From the IMG/VR virus record IMGVR_UViG_3300042562_001598, positions 186,001-250,000 of that record: DNA of 64,000 bases; one strand, 5' to 3'. Numbering within the stretch: position 1 is the first letter of the stretch; each line of letters opens with the position of its first letter. The notes under the pieces are model-generated. The model was not told where the DNA came from. It searched no databases and worked only from the letters and a program-made list of their open reading frames with translations. Shown here piece after piece: positions 45,663-54,947 of the stretch. Both the position numbers and the translations under genes were made by a program.

Positions 45663-47507
45663 ATGGGAGCATTATTAGAATCAGGTCTTGTTGGTAACAT
45701 CGGACTAAAACACCTTAAAGTTATCAAAGAAGATACTATTAACAAATGGGATAAATTAGGATTCCTAGAAGGTCTTAAAGGACACTTAAGAGAAAACGTA
45801 GCTCAATTATATGAGAACCAAGCGTCTTTCTTGATTAACGAAGCTACTTCAGAAGGTTCATCAGGTTCATTTGAAACTGTTGTATTCCCTATCGTAAGAA
45901 GAGTTTTCTCAAAATTATTGGCGAATGAAATCGTATCTGTACAAGCAATGAACTTACCAATTGGTAAATTGTTCTTCTTCGTACCTAAAATTCAAGGTTA
46001 CAATGGTGGTGTTGAAGGTCAACAATCAGGTGACCACTACGCACCAATAGGTTCTCCAGGAAACTACTCAGGTAGTACAGAAGCTGGATATACAGGTGCT
46101 GGAGCTTACGCTAAAAATCTTTATGATTTGTTTTATGAAGGTACTGAACCAGGATTGAACCCAGGTGGTTTATTTGATTACTCTAAAGGTAGATGGTCAG
46201 CTATTACTTCTACAGTAGCTATTCAACAATGGTCTAATGGTAATTTAGTTGACGCTGTAATTTCTGGTACTTCAACAAGTGCTGGTGTTATTGCTGGAGG
46301 TAATACAAGAAAAGTAATTGTAAAACTTTGTGGTTTCCAAGATACTGGAGCTGGTAAATTAATTGGACCTGATGGAAATGAAATGGACACAGAAACTTTC
46401 TTGTCTGATTTAATTATCTACACTGGTTCTGGTTTAACAGTTGCCGCTGGTAGTCCATGTACAGTTTCAACAGGAGCTTTATTGTATAGAGTTGTTACTC
46501 AACAATATGGTCAAGGTATCGTAAATGGTGCTTCAGGAACTAGAACTCAAACTTCTTGGCCAACAAACAACGGTGGTTCATTCCAAAGTCCATGTAACGC
46601 TAACGGATGTATCTTCTTAGAAGTTGATTTGTCTTGTCCAGCTTGTGCTGATTGTGGTTCTGATTCATTAGATGGATACACTGGAACAACTATTTCTACA
46701 GGTTTAACTTCATCATCTTTCAACGCTGCTTGGAGACGTTACGAAGAATTAGAATTTGAAGATAAAATCGGTGAGGTTTCATTTGATTTAGAGTCTGTTA
46801 CTGTATCTGTTACAGAAAGAAAATTAAGAGCACAATGGTCTCCTGAGTTAGCTCAAGACGTTGCAGCTTTCCATAACATTGATGCTGAAGCAGAATTAAC
46901 TGCTTTGTTATCTGAACAAGTTGCGGCAGAGATTGACCGTGAAATCTTAAGAGATTTACGTAAAGGTGCTGCTTGGACTTTGAGATGGGATTACAATGGA
47001 TGGAGAAGAGTAGGAGCTACAACTTCTTATACACAAAAAGACTGGAACCAAACTTTGATTACAGCTATTAACCAATTGTCAGCACAAATTCACAAATCTA
47101 CTTTAAGAGGTGGTGCTAACTGGATTGTAGTTTCTTCTGAGGTTTCTGCTATCTTTGATGACTTAGAGTACTTCCACGTATCTAACGCTTCAGCTGAACA
47201 AGACCAATATAACATGGGTATTGAAAGAGTTGGAACATTAGCTGGTCGTTACCAAGTTTACCGTGACCCTTACTTCCCAGCTAACCAAGTGTTAATTGGA
47301 CATAAAGGTACTTCATTGTTAGACACAGGTTATATCTACGCACCATACGTGCCGTTGCAATTAACTCCAACAATGTATAACCCTTTTAACTTTACTCCAA
47401 TAAAAGGAATAATGACAAGGTATGCTAAAAAAATGGTAAACAACCGCTTTTACGCCCGAATTACTGTTGATGGTGTTAGAACATTTGATATTAAAGAATT
47501 AAGATAA
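45663..47507 (+). CDS. Major capsid protein (T4 gp23-like)
   Basis: RKLRAQWSPELAQD...IDAEAEL, EIDREI, YAPYVPL, GIMTRY. Confidence 0.96.
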   Translation: MGALLESGLVGNIGLKHLKVIKEDTINKWDKLGFLEGLKGHLRENVAQLYENQASFLINEATSEGSSGSFETVVFPIVRRVFSKLLANEIVSVQAMNLPIGKLFFFVPKIQGYNGGVEGQQSGDHYAPIGSPGNYSGSTEAGYTGAGAYAKNLYDLFYEGTEPGLNPGGLFDYSKGRWSAITSTVAIQQWSNGNLVDAVISGTSTSAGVIAGGNTRKVIVKLCGFQDTGAGKLIGPDGNEMDTETFLSDLIIYTGSGLTVAAGSPCTVSTGALLYRVVTQQYGQGIVNGASGTRTQTSWPTNNGGSFQSPCNANGCIFLEVDLSCPACADCGSDSLDGYTGTTISTGLTSSSFNAAWRRYEELEFEDKIGEVSFDLESVTVSVTERKLRAQWSPELAQDVAAFHNIDAEAELTALLSEQVAAEIDREILRDLRKGAAWTLRWDYNGWRRVGATTSYTQKDWNQTLITAINQLSAQIHKSTLRGGANWIVVSSEVSAIFDDLEYFHVSNASAEQDQYNMGIERVGTLAGRYQVYRDPYFPANQVLIGHKGTSLLDTGYIYAPYVPLQLTPTMYNPFNFTPIKGIMTRYAKKMVNNRFYARITVDGVRTFDIKELR

Positions 47508-47558
47508 TCAAATATACTTAATTAAAACTAAAGGGACAAGAAATTGTCCCTTTTTTTT

Positions 47559-49178
47559 TTATAATAAAATTTCATATTTTAAATTACCGGTATCCCATAT
47601 TTTATCGTAACCTAATTCAGACATTATTTGAGATTCTGTTTTATTTTTATCATAACCTAACTTAACTAATCTATCTTTTCTATAGTTAAACCTATGTTCT
47701 CTAACATCATATTTTTTAGTATAACTATAATTAGGTTTTGTTTCCCCAATATAATTAAACCCTGTTTTAGAATAAAAACAAAATTCATCTGAAGGTGACC
47801 AATTTCTGTTAGAATATGTTATAATTTTTTTAGGTGAATATTCCTTTATAAAATGTTTTAATAATTTTGTAAATCCACCAACTACATTTACGGAACAATA
47901 ACGATATAATTCATATTCATCTATAGTTTTATTTTTATTACCTAAAATTTTTCTTAATGAACCAAATGACATAACGGCAACAATAATATCATTATGTTTT
48001 AGACCAAAGTATATTGTTGATTTATCATTACCTTGTAAATGGTTAGTCTTAAGAAAATTACTTTTTTCATCACTACTTATAGTTGTTATTTCACAATTTC
48101 TCGCATAAATTTTAGTATTATTTTTCTTCAATAAATTAGTAATTCTATTTTTTACTATATTTTTCTTTGTTAACCATTCGTCAGAAAAAATATGAATTAA
48201 TTGAATGTTTTTTTCAAGACATTTTAATGTTTTATCTATATGATAATTTTTATGTTTCCCCCTATTTTCTGAGTGCCAATATAATCCATTATATTCTATA
48301 GCTATATTATAATCAGGAAAATACAAATCTAATTCAACACCATTTAATTGTTTCTTATCACAAACTTTAACATCAACACCTAATGATTTAACATATTCCT
48401 CAATTTCTTTTTCAGATTTACTTCTGTAGTAAAAATTAGTTTCACATTTTAATAAATTAGATACAAATGTGTCTTTTGTTTTTTTAGAAATTAAAGAGTT
48501 TTCGCCAAATTTATTTTTATATTCCTCGGTTGTTATATTATGTGATGACAAATGAGTGTTAGATAACATTTTAAATTGTTCGTCACATAATTCACAAGTG
48601 ACATAATTATCTGTTTCATTAAATAACACATCTCTGTCAATAGAATTTGATAACGTTGTGAATAGTTTAAGTTCTGAAGGGAATTTTAACACATAATCAC
48701 TAATTGAGTTGTGTGCGTTTTCAATATGTTTAGATAACGCCCCGGATTTATTAACAATATCTTTGGTGACCCATCCACATTCTAAACATTTTATTGTTGT
48801 TGATTCCGGTTTAGTGATTAAATTAAAGTAAGTAAAATGCCAATAATTCCCAGTATCCGTTAAATACATTCTTCTTTTGAATGAAGATGGGATAACTTCA
48901 TTAGGGTAACATTTTTTAATATGATTAGTTACTCCACCACTTTTATTTTCAATGTCATCATATTCTTTACCACAACACTTACAAGATAGTATAATATTTT
49001 TATTATCTAACTCAATCTTTTTGACCTGTTTATGTTTGATTTGACCACCTTTAGTTTTTAATGGTATGTTATTACTTAATAAAATTTTTTTAATTTTAAG
49101 TTTACCAACCTTAAATTCTTTAGCCAAGGTCTCAATAGAGACATTATCTTTATACTTTTCAATTATTATATCTTCCAT
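47559..49178 (-). CDS. Free-standing homing endonuclease (zinc fingers + PD-(D/E)xK/Vsr-like domain)
   Basis: Three CxxC...H fingers; ELDLYFPDYNIAIEYNGLYWH; convergent with the capsid gene. Confidence 0.8.
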   Translation of the reverse strand: MEDIIIEKYKDNVSIETLAKEFKVGKLKIKKILLSNNIPLKTKGGQIKHKQVKKIELDNKNIILSCKCCGKEYDDIENKSGGVTNHIKKCYPNEVIPSSFKRRMYLTDTGNYWHFTYFNLITKPESTTIKCLECGWVTKDIVNKSGALSKHIENAHNSISDYVLKFPSELKLFTTLSNSIDRDVLFNETDNYVTCELCDEQFKMLSNTHLSSHNITTEEYKNKFGENSLISKKTKDTFVSNLLKCETNFYYRSKSEKEIEEYVKSLGVDVKVCDKKQLNGVELDLYFPDYNIAIEYNGLYWHSENRGKHKNYHIDKTLKCLEKNIQLIHIFSDEWLTKKNIVKNRITNLLKKNNTKIYARNCEITTISSDEKSNFLKTNHLQGNDKSTIYFGLKHNDIIVAVMSFGSLRKILGNKNKTIDEYELYRYCSVNVVGGFTKLLKHFIKEYSPKKIITYSNRNWSPSDEFCFYSKTGFNYIGETKPNYSYTKKYDVREHRFNYRKDRLVKLGYDKNKTESQIMSELGYDKIWDTGNLKYEILL

Positions 49179-49296
49179 AAATATAATTATACCTAAAAAA
49201 GGAATGGAGTCAATTTTTTTAACAAAAATATATTTTTTTATTATTTGTATAATAAATTATTATAAACTTTGTGATATTTATTAATAAAAAGATTAT

Positions 49297-49890
49297 ATGA
49301 AAAATTTATATTCCTTAAATGATGAGGAAAAACAGAGAATATTAAATCTTCACGAGAATGCAACAAAACGTCAATATTTGGGAGAACAATTAACTGATGA
49401 AACTGGTAAATATACTCCAGTATATAAACCTGAAGTTGGTCCTGATACTCAAGTAGATGCTAGTAAGAAATTTACCCCAGCGGCAATGGCTTGTATTAAA
49501 CAATTTGGTGAATATAAACCGGCTAAAACACCTGGTTTTGTTCAGGTTGAAACAGATAAAGCCACTGTATTCTTTAGTAAAGATTATGAAGTTAGATATC
49601 GACCAACCGGTGGTGAAATTATAAAGGGTCAATGGTCTTGTATGAGTAATGTTTTTAATATTAATCTAAACGATGATTCAACTTGGTCAAGGGCTCAAGG
49701 TGGTTGGAAGAATCCGACAATTAATACTAAACCTCAAGTTAAAATAAATCCGGTTTTACAACAAACAATGACGATTAATAAACAAATTCAACAAAAACTT
49801 GGATTAAAACAAACAGGTAAATTAACTCATAATGAATTGGAAGTTCTAATTAAAACATTAACACCTAACGCTACACCAACTCAACAATAA
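49297..49890 (+). CDS. Leader-family cargo protein
   Basis: MKNLYSLNDEEKQRILNLHENATKRQYLGEQ; C-terminal PG-binding-like IQQKLGLKQTG. Confidence 0.75.
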   Translation: MKNLYSLNDEEKQRILNLHENATKRQYLGEQLTDETGKYTPVYKPEVGPDTQVDASKKFTPAAMACIKQFGEYKPAKTPGFVQVETDKATVFFSKDYEVRYRPTGGEIIKGQWSCMSNVFNINLNDDSTWSRAQGGWKNPTINTKPQVKINPVLQQTMTINKQIQQKLGLKQTGKLTHNELEVLIKTLTPNATPTQQ

Positions 49891-49904
49891 AAATAAGAAA
49901 CAAA

Positions 49905-50273
49905 ATGAACAGAAGTTATAGTAAAATTAGACATATTCAAGAAATAAATGTGTTACTTGAAAAAAAATTATTATCTGAACAAACAGGAATTGGATATGGT
50001 AATGAACCAGCGCCAATTGCTGGTGTTACAGACACAGCAACAACACCTGCTGTGACAACAACACCTACTGCAACAACACCTGCCACCACAACAACACAAT
50101 CTACTGAAACACAAACTAAAGAGGTTCAAGGAAAAGAAAAAACGGCAGAATTAGTTGGTACTTTACAAGAATTATTAAAAAACACATATAAACAAAATAT
50201 TGTGGCGGATAAAAAATACGGGTCAAAAACAGCTCAAGCTATTCTTAACACTTTAAAGACATTAAAAAAATAA
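49905..50273 (+). CDS. Thr-rich protein with PG-binding-like tail
   Basis: LLSEQ site; TTP repeats; LQELL...ADKKYGSKT. Confidence 0.65.
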   Translation: MNRSYSKIRHIQEINVLLEKKLLSEQTGIGYGNEPAPIAGVTDTATTPAVTTTPTATTPATTTTQSTETQTKEVQGKEKTAELVGTLQELLKNTYKQNIVADKKYGSKTAQAILNTLKTLKK

Positions 50274-50278
50274 AGAGA

Positions 50279-50500
50279 CTATTCGGTCTCTTTTTTTGTT
50301 ATAGTTCTAATTGCTCTAGATATTACCTCACATTCCCCCAATGAATACATCCCACTACTATATCCGTATTTAACGGCTTGAATTAGGAAGTAGGTTGCGT
50401 TATCTTTATCCATTGTGTTTAGAATGGTATCTAAATGTTCTTCATTATACAGAGGTATAGTTTCAAATAATTTACCAAAAAGTTCTTGTTCTTGTTCCAT
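50279..50500 (-). CDS. Small hypothetical protein
   Basis: Start moved to MEQEQE. Confidence 0.55.
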   Translation of the reverse strand: MEQEQELFGKLFETIPLYNEEHLDTILNTMDKDNATYFLIQAVKYGYSSGMYSLGECEVISRAIRTITKKETE

Positions 50501-50533
50501 AATATAATTTAATAGTATATTTATAATTATACT

Positions 50534-50950
50534 ATGAAAAATAATAAAATACATATTTCAGAAGCGACAAGTACTTCATCTGGAAGTAGGGGTTCTTATA
50601 ACGCTCCATTATCAATTGGTATTAGATTGTTTAATAAACAGGCTATGCAACCATATTATGTACCAACATCAGAGTATGATGACGCTATGTTGACATATGA
50701 TAGTTATGATGGTGAGATGAGTACACCGAAGAAGGTTATTAATAAAATTGAGAAATTGGCTCGTAAGATTGCGAAGAAGGTTAAAGATAATCCGGTATTA
50801 AATGATGATGATGGTGATATTTTAAATAATAAACTTGGTAAAGTTAATGAGTGGATTGAAATAAGAAGTTTTAACGAAGGAAAACACGAAACCCGTAATC
50901 TACAACAAATAATAAAAGATACTCTATTACAAGAAAGAAAAAACCCCTAA
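50534..50950 (+). CDS. Hypothetical protein
   Basis: ISEA site near N-terminus; late promoter. Confidence 0.6.
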   Translation: MKNNKIHISEATSTSSGSRGSYNAPLSIGIRLFNKQAMQPYYVPTSEYDDAMLTYDSYDGEMSTPKKVINKIEKLARKIAKKVKDNPVLNDDDGDILNNKLGKVNEWIEIRSFNEGKHETRNLQQIIKDTLLQERKNP

Positions 50951-51399
50951 TCTTCAACGACAGGGGTTTTTTGTTTTGGTTTCGGATTCATCTTACTTAA
51001 AATGTTATCTAAAGAATGTTTTATTTGAGATTTCATTTGGTTTTTTAGTTCTTGTCTGAGACTTTCAGTTTTGTTATCATACATAGTTGTCATTTTTCTC
51101 CAATCTCTATCGGTTAATAAAATGTTACTATAATAAAAAACATGATTGATAACACTAATTTTTTTATTATCAAGAATTACGAATATTCCTAGTTTACTAT
51201 TTTTAATATATCTTTCTTCCGATAATGGAGCGATAAAGAACTCAGACTTTGGATGTTTGATTGCGTTACGACAAATAGCAACACAGGTTTTAGTGTCCGC
51301 TAAAATACCTGGGTCAACAACATCATACATATGTTTTAACTTTAATAGTCTTTTTTTAACTATATCTCGTTTGATTAATTTTTTAATATATTGTATCAT
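50947..51399 (-). CDS. Hypothetical protein
   Basis: ORF track; TATCTTTG promoter on the minus strand. Confidence 0.65.
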   Translation of the reverse strand: MIQYIKKLIKRDIVKKRLLKLKHMYDVVDPGILADTKTCVAICRNAIKHPKSEFFIAPLSEERYIKNSKLGIFVILDNKKISVINHVFYYSNILLTDRDWRKMTTMYDNKTESLRQELKNQMKSQIKHSLDNILSKMNPKPKQKTPVVED

Positions 51400-51498
51400 G
51401 GCGGGTGGGGTTTAATTACCATACAAAGATAGAGAATATAACCCATAAAAAAAAGGGAAATTATCCCTTTCTTCTATATTGTAATAAAATAATTTTAA

Positions 51499-51663
51499 TT
51501 AAGAATTTAATCCATTTCCACCAATAGTAACCGCATTCATTTGAACAACAGTTCCCCCAGTTGTGTTAGAGTATCCCGGATGTGGTGGTACGATAATTTG
51601 TAAATTCTTATCACAGTCTATTTGACATATAACTGTTTCTGTGTTTGCACTAATTTCACCCAT
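51499..51663 (-). CDS. Small protein (54 aa)
   Basis: MGEISANTETVICQIDC...PPHPGYSN...QMNAVTIGGNGLNS. Confidence 0.6.
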   Translation of the reverse strand: MGEISANTETVICQIDCDKNLQIIVPPHPGYSNTTGGTVVQMNAVTIGGNGLNS

Positions 51664-51684
51664 TTTGTTTTTATTTATAAATAT

Positions 51685-53160
51685 TTAGTAATCTGAATTT
51701 TTGATGTTTACAATCTGAAATTTAATCTGTCTTTTGTATGTGTTAATTTCACCACTACTTTCAACTTTGATATCCACATAATATTCATTAGGTATTTTAT
51801 CTCTAGTATCAAATATAAAATTATATTCATCAGCGGTACGGTTTAGTTTTGTCCAATCTTGAACCTGAACTTCAACTTGACCTTCTCTAACATATACTCT
51901 ATAATATGCACGGATATTTGGTAATAATTTTTGAGTGGTATAAGCTTGTTTAATAACAACCCCCACTTTTCTAACATCCGTATTATAAATTTTTTCATCT
52001 TGTTTAATACCATAAAAATCAAATCCATATAATTTTGGGTCAACAGATGATGTACCAATTTGGATTGAATGTTTTAGTGGGTATATTGTAAAGTTATTTA
52101 TCACATTAGGTAATGAAAACCCATTTAAAGTTAATCCAGACCAAATGTCTGAAAAAGTACAAGGAGTTTTATAACCAATAAGTGGTGGTATGGTGATTTC
52201 ATACACACCTTTTGTTCTTCGGCAAGAAGTTAAACCGGTTAAACCAGGTATTAAAGTTCCGCTAGAATCTGATATGCTAACAGTCGGGTTAGTATCCAAA
52301 TTAATAGGATTCCCATTATCGTATAGGTATAAATATAGTTTATTTATTTTACCTAATGTAAATGAATTTCTATCATCCTCAATTAGGTCATTGTAATTAG
52401 TTTCTAAAAATGGTTCGTAAAAAGTTTGAGTATGTCTAGTAAAAAACTGAACTTCATAATTTTCCGTTAAACCTGTTAAATTTTCAACTTGTGGTTTAAA
52501 TGCGATACCCCATCCTGAAATATTAGGTAAAGTTCCATTTAACACATTATTAATTTCTTGGGTCATATCAAAACTAATGTTTTCATTACCAAACTCAAAA
52601 TGTTGTGTACCAACAATTGTTAAACCCGAATAAGGAACCACCCCAATATTTTTATTATTATAAATCCCGGGTGTAGTCCAAGAGTTTATTGTTGTTGTTG
52701 CGGACCAATTTGAAGGTCTTGTTGAATAATTTTTATCAATAGTTATTTCGTATTTTAAATCCGCGTAATCATAACCAACACCTTCATCCCACAATTGGGG
52801 GGTTGTAACAACATTATTTATATAAGGAATTCTAAATAATATTAAATCAAATGATGTTGCTCTCATTCGTTGTTGAGAAGTGGTTGTGTTTAAACTTTCA
52901 ATATCAAATGTTGAGGTATTAAACATTCTCAAGGTATGTTTTATATTGTTAGTACATCCCGTGGTTATTGTTCCATCTGAAATTTTTTGTTTTAATAAAT
53001 CTAAATCTAAATTAAAAATAAAGCGACTATACCCATTTGGATATTGGGTTGTCGCTGTTGAACCATAAAATAATTCTGTAACCGGATTTCTCCCTGTATT
53101 ACATAAACTATTTGATATAAGAGTATTGTTCCTATTAAAGTATGAATTGTTAATTGACAT
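51685..53160 (-). CDS. Probable baseplate/tail structural protein
   Basis: Beta-rich; WDEGVG and FFTRHT..YEP motifs; position. Confidence 0.55.
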   Translation of the reverse strand: MSINNSYFNRNNTLISNSLCNTGRNPVTELFYGSTATTQYPNGYSRFIFNLDLDLLKQKISDGTITTGCTNNIKHTLRMFNTSTFDIESLNTTTSQQRMRATSFDLILFRIPYINNVVTTPQLWDEGVGYDYADLKYEITIDKNYSTRPSNWSATTTINSWTTPGIYNNKNIGVVPYSGLTIVGTQHFEFGNENISFDMTQEINNVLNGTLPNISGWGIAFKPQVENLTGLTENYEVQFFTRHTQTFYEPFLETNYNDLIEDDRNSFTLGKINKLYLYLYDNGNPINLDTNPTVSISDSSGTLIPGLTGLTSCRRTKGVYEITIPPLIGYKTPCTFSDIWSGLTLNGFSLPNVINNFTIYPLKHSIQIGTSSVDPKLYGFDFYGIKQDEKIYNTDVRKVGVVIKQAYTTQKLLPNIRAYYRVYVREGQVEVQVQDWTKLNRTADEYNFIFDTRDKIPNEYYVDIKVESSGEINTYKRQIKFQIVNIKNSDY

Positions 53161-53183
53161 AAATATCTTTTAACAATAAATAG

Positions 53184-54734
53184 TTAGTTTATACGAATAT
53201 TGTTATTTAATATTGAATTTTCCGCGTTAGCTAATATTTGTTGTATTTCAGCACTTGTTTGACCATTACCTGAAGCTACAGGAACTGGTGGCATTGTCGC
53301 TATAGGATGGACATGACCAGTTACAAACGAAAACATTTTTCTAAGTAATTTCATTAATTCATCACCTCTAACCGTTGGATAGGTTTTATTATAAACACTA
53401 TTCTCATCTCCAATAAATTTATCTTGGGGAATACCATACAAAGTATTGTTAATATCTATAGGACCTTTTGGACCAGTAGAATCATGTGAAAATAGATAAA
53501 TTTTTTGGCCACCTAAAACACTATATGTTATATCTTCATCTATAAATTCTGATGGTATTACAGTGTCGGTTTTTAATTCTGATTGAGACCCTATTACAGG
53601 TTTTGAATTTTTATTTTCCCAAACTAAAAAAAAACCGGAATTTTTATCCGCTTGAGATAATTTTATTTTTTCAATAAATCCACTAAAATTACTAGACTCA
53701 TTGATATCATAATTAGAGTTTTGAAAATTAACGCCTTTTTCATAAGTTAATTTTGATGGTGTGACAATAAAAGGAAATACATCTTTTGTGTAATTATTAG
53801 CGTTATTAAATGTAAAACCGGTTATATCCATAAACCCATTAAAAACACCAGATGTAAATTTATTAACTAAAGATACTACATCATCAAAGGAATAACCATT
53901 AAATTTAAGTTCCTCTAAAGGACCTGTGTAATCACTACCAAAATCTAATTTAGTTATAGTGTCTGCGTTAAAATTACTAGTGTTAACTCTTTCACTTGGA
54001 ATAACATTATAAAGCCCCACAGAACCATTAAACATCTGTTGAGTGTTTTCTAAATTATCAATATTCCAAATAACAATTTTCTTAACCACTTTAACTACCT
54101 CAACTAAATAGTTTTGACTTTCAGAAGATTGGTTAATTTTTTGTTGTGTGTAATTTGTTAATTGTAAAAAAGACCTTTTATTATTCCCAATAGGGAATTC
54201 ATCTTTGTTTAATGTTTTTGTTTTACCAGCTCTAATTAAAACTTCATTATTTTTGACAATAACATCAGCAGTTCCTCTACCCAATAATGAATTATCTCCA
54301 GGTTCTGGAAAAACACCATAACTAGAAATATTTCTATATTGACCAAATTTGTCCTTAAGAGACATACCTTGTTTAATTCTATCCCCAGACGCTAAAAATT
54401 TCTTAGCACCTTGATAATATTCAAAAGGTGTTGTCATAGGTGATGAAAATGGTCCTTGGATATAAAATTGACTACCGAATGGGAAATCTTTATTCTGATA
54501 TATTATATGAACATATTCATCTTTTAATGGGGTTTGATTAATATAAAAAGGTAATAATGGTAAAAACACTAAAGGGTCTCTAGATGTCCAAGAATCAATA
54601 TCTTCATTCCAATTAGGGACGGACGCTAAAATATCCTTATAATTTTTAGTTTCAGGTATAACTCTCAAACGACCCAACATCATTGGGTCTTGATTATCAA
54701 TAACATGTCCAGGAAAAATTATTTGATTATCCAT
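53184..54734 (-). CDS. Baseplate hub/central spike (gp5/VgrG-like)
   Basis: N-terminal [15 protein letters not shown]-fold; C-terminal HVH apex motif. Confidence 0.7.
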   Translation of the reverse strand: MDNQIIFPGHVIDNQDPMMLGRLRVIPETKNYKDILASVPNWNEDIDSWTSRDPLVFLPLLPFYINQTPLKDEYVHIIYQNKDFPFGSQFYIQGPFSSPMTTPFEYYQGAKKFLASGDRIKQGMSLKDKFGQYRNISSYGVFPEPGDNSLLGRGTADVIVKNNEVLIRAGKTKTLNKDEFPIGNNKRSFLQLTNYTQQKINQSSESQNYLVEVVKVVKKIVIWNIDNLENTQQMFNGSVGLYNVIPSERVNTSNFNADTITKLDFGSDYTGPLEELKFNGYSFDDVVSLVNKFTSGVFNGFMDITGFTFNNANNYTKDVFPFIVTPSKLTYEKGVNFQNSNYDINESSNFSGFIEKIKLSQADKNSGFFLVWENKNSKPVIGSQSELKTDTVIPSEFIDEDITYSVLGGQKIYLFSHDSTGPKGPIDINNTLYGIPQDKFIGDENSVYNKTYPTVRGDELMKLLRKMFSFVTGHVHPIATMPPVPVASGNGQTSAEIQQILANAENSILNNNIRIN

Positions 54735-54945
54735 TTTGTTTCGTTCTATTTTCGTATTCTTTTAAAATTAAATTATAAGTTATTTCTAACTTATCTAAAT
54801 GATGCGTTAAATTAACTAAACTATCTTTAGTTAATTTAAAGTCCTGTTGAATAAAGTCCATTACAAAAATTAAATCTTTATTAGATGAAGATTTATAGTC
54901 TTTAATAATATTAATAACTTTTTCAGTTTGTTCTTGTTTTACCAT
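54727..54945 (-). CDS. Small hypothetical protein
   Basis: ORF track. Confidence 0.6.
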   Translation of the reverse strand: MVKQEQTEKVINIIKDYKSSSNKDLIFVMDFIQQDFKLTKDSLVNLTHHLDKLEITYNLILKEYENRTKQNG

Positions 54946-54947
54946 AA

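Noticed and set aside
38097-47507. Inteins or introns in terminase, portal or capsid genes
   Set aside because: ORFs are continuous and show no intein splice-junction motifs.
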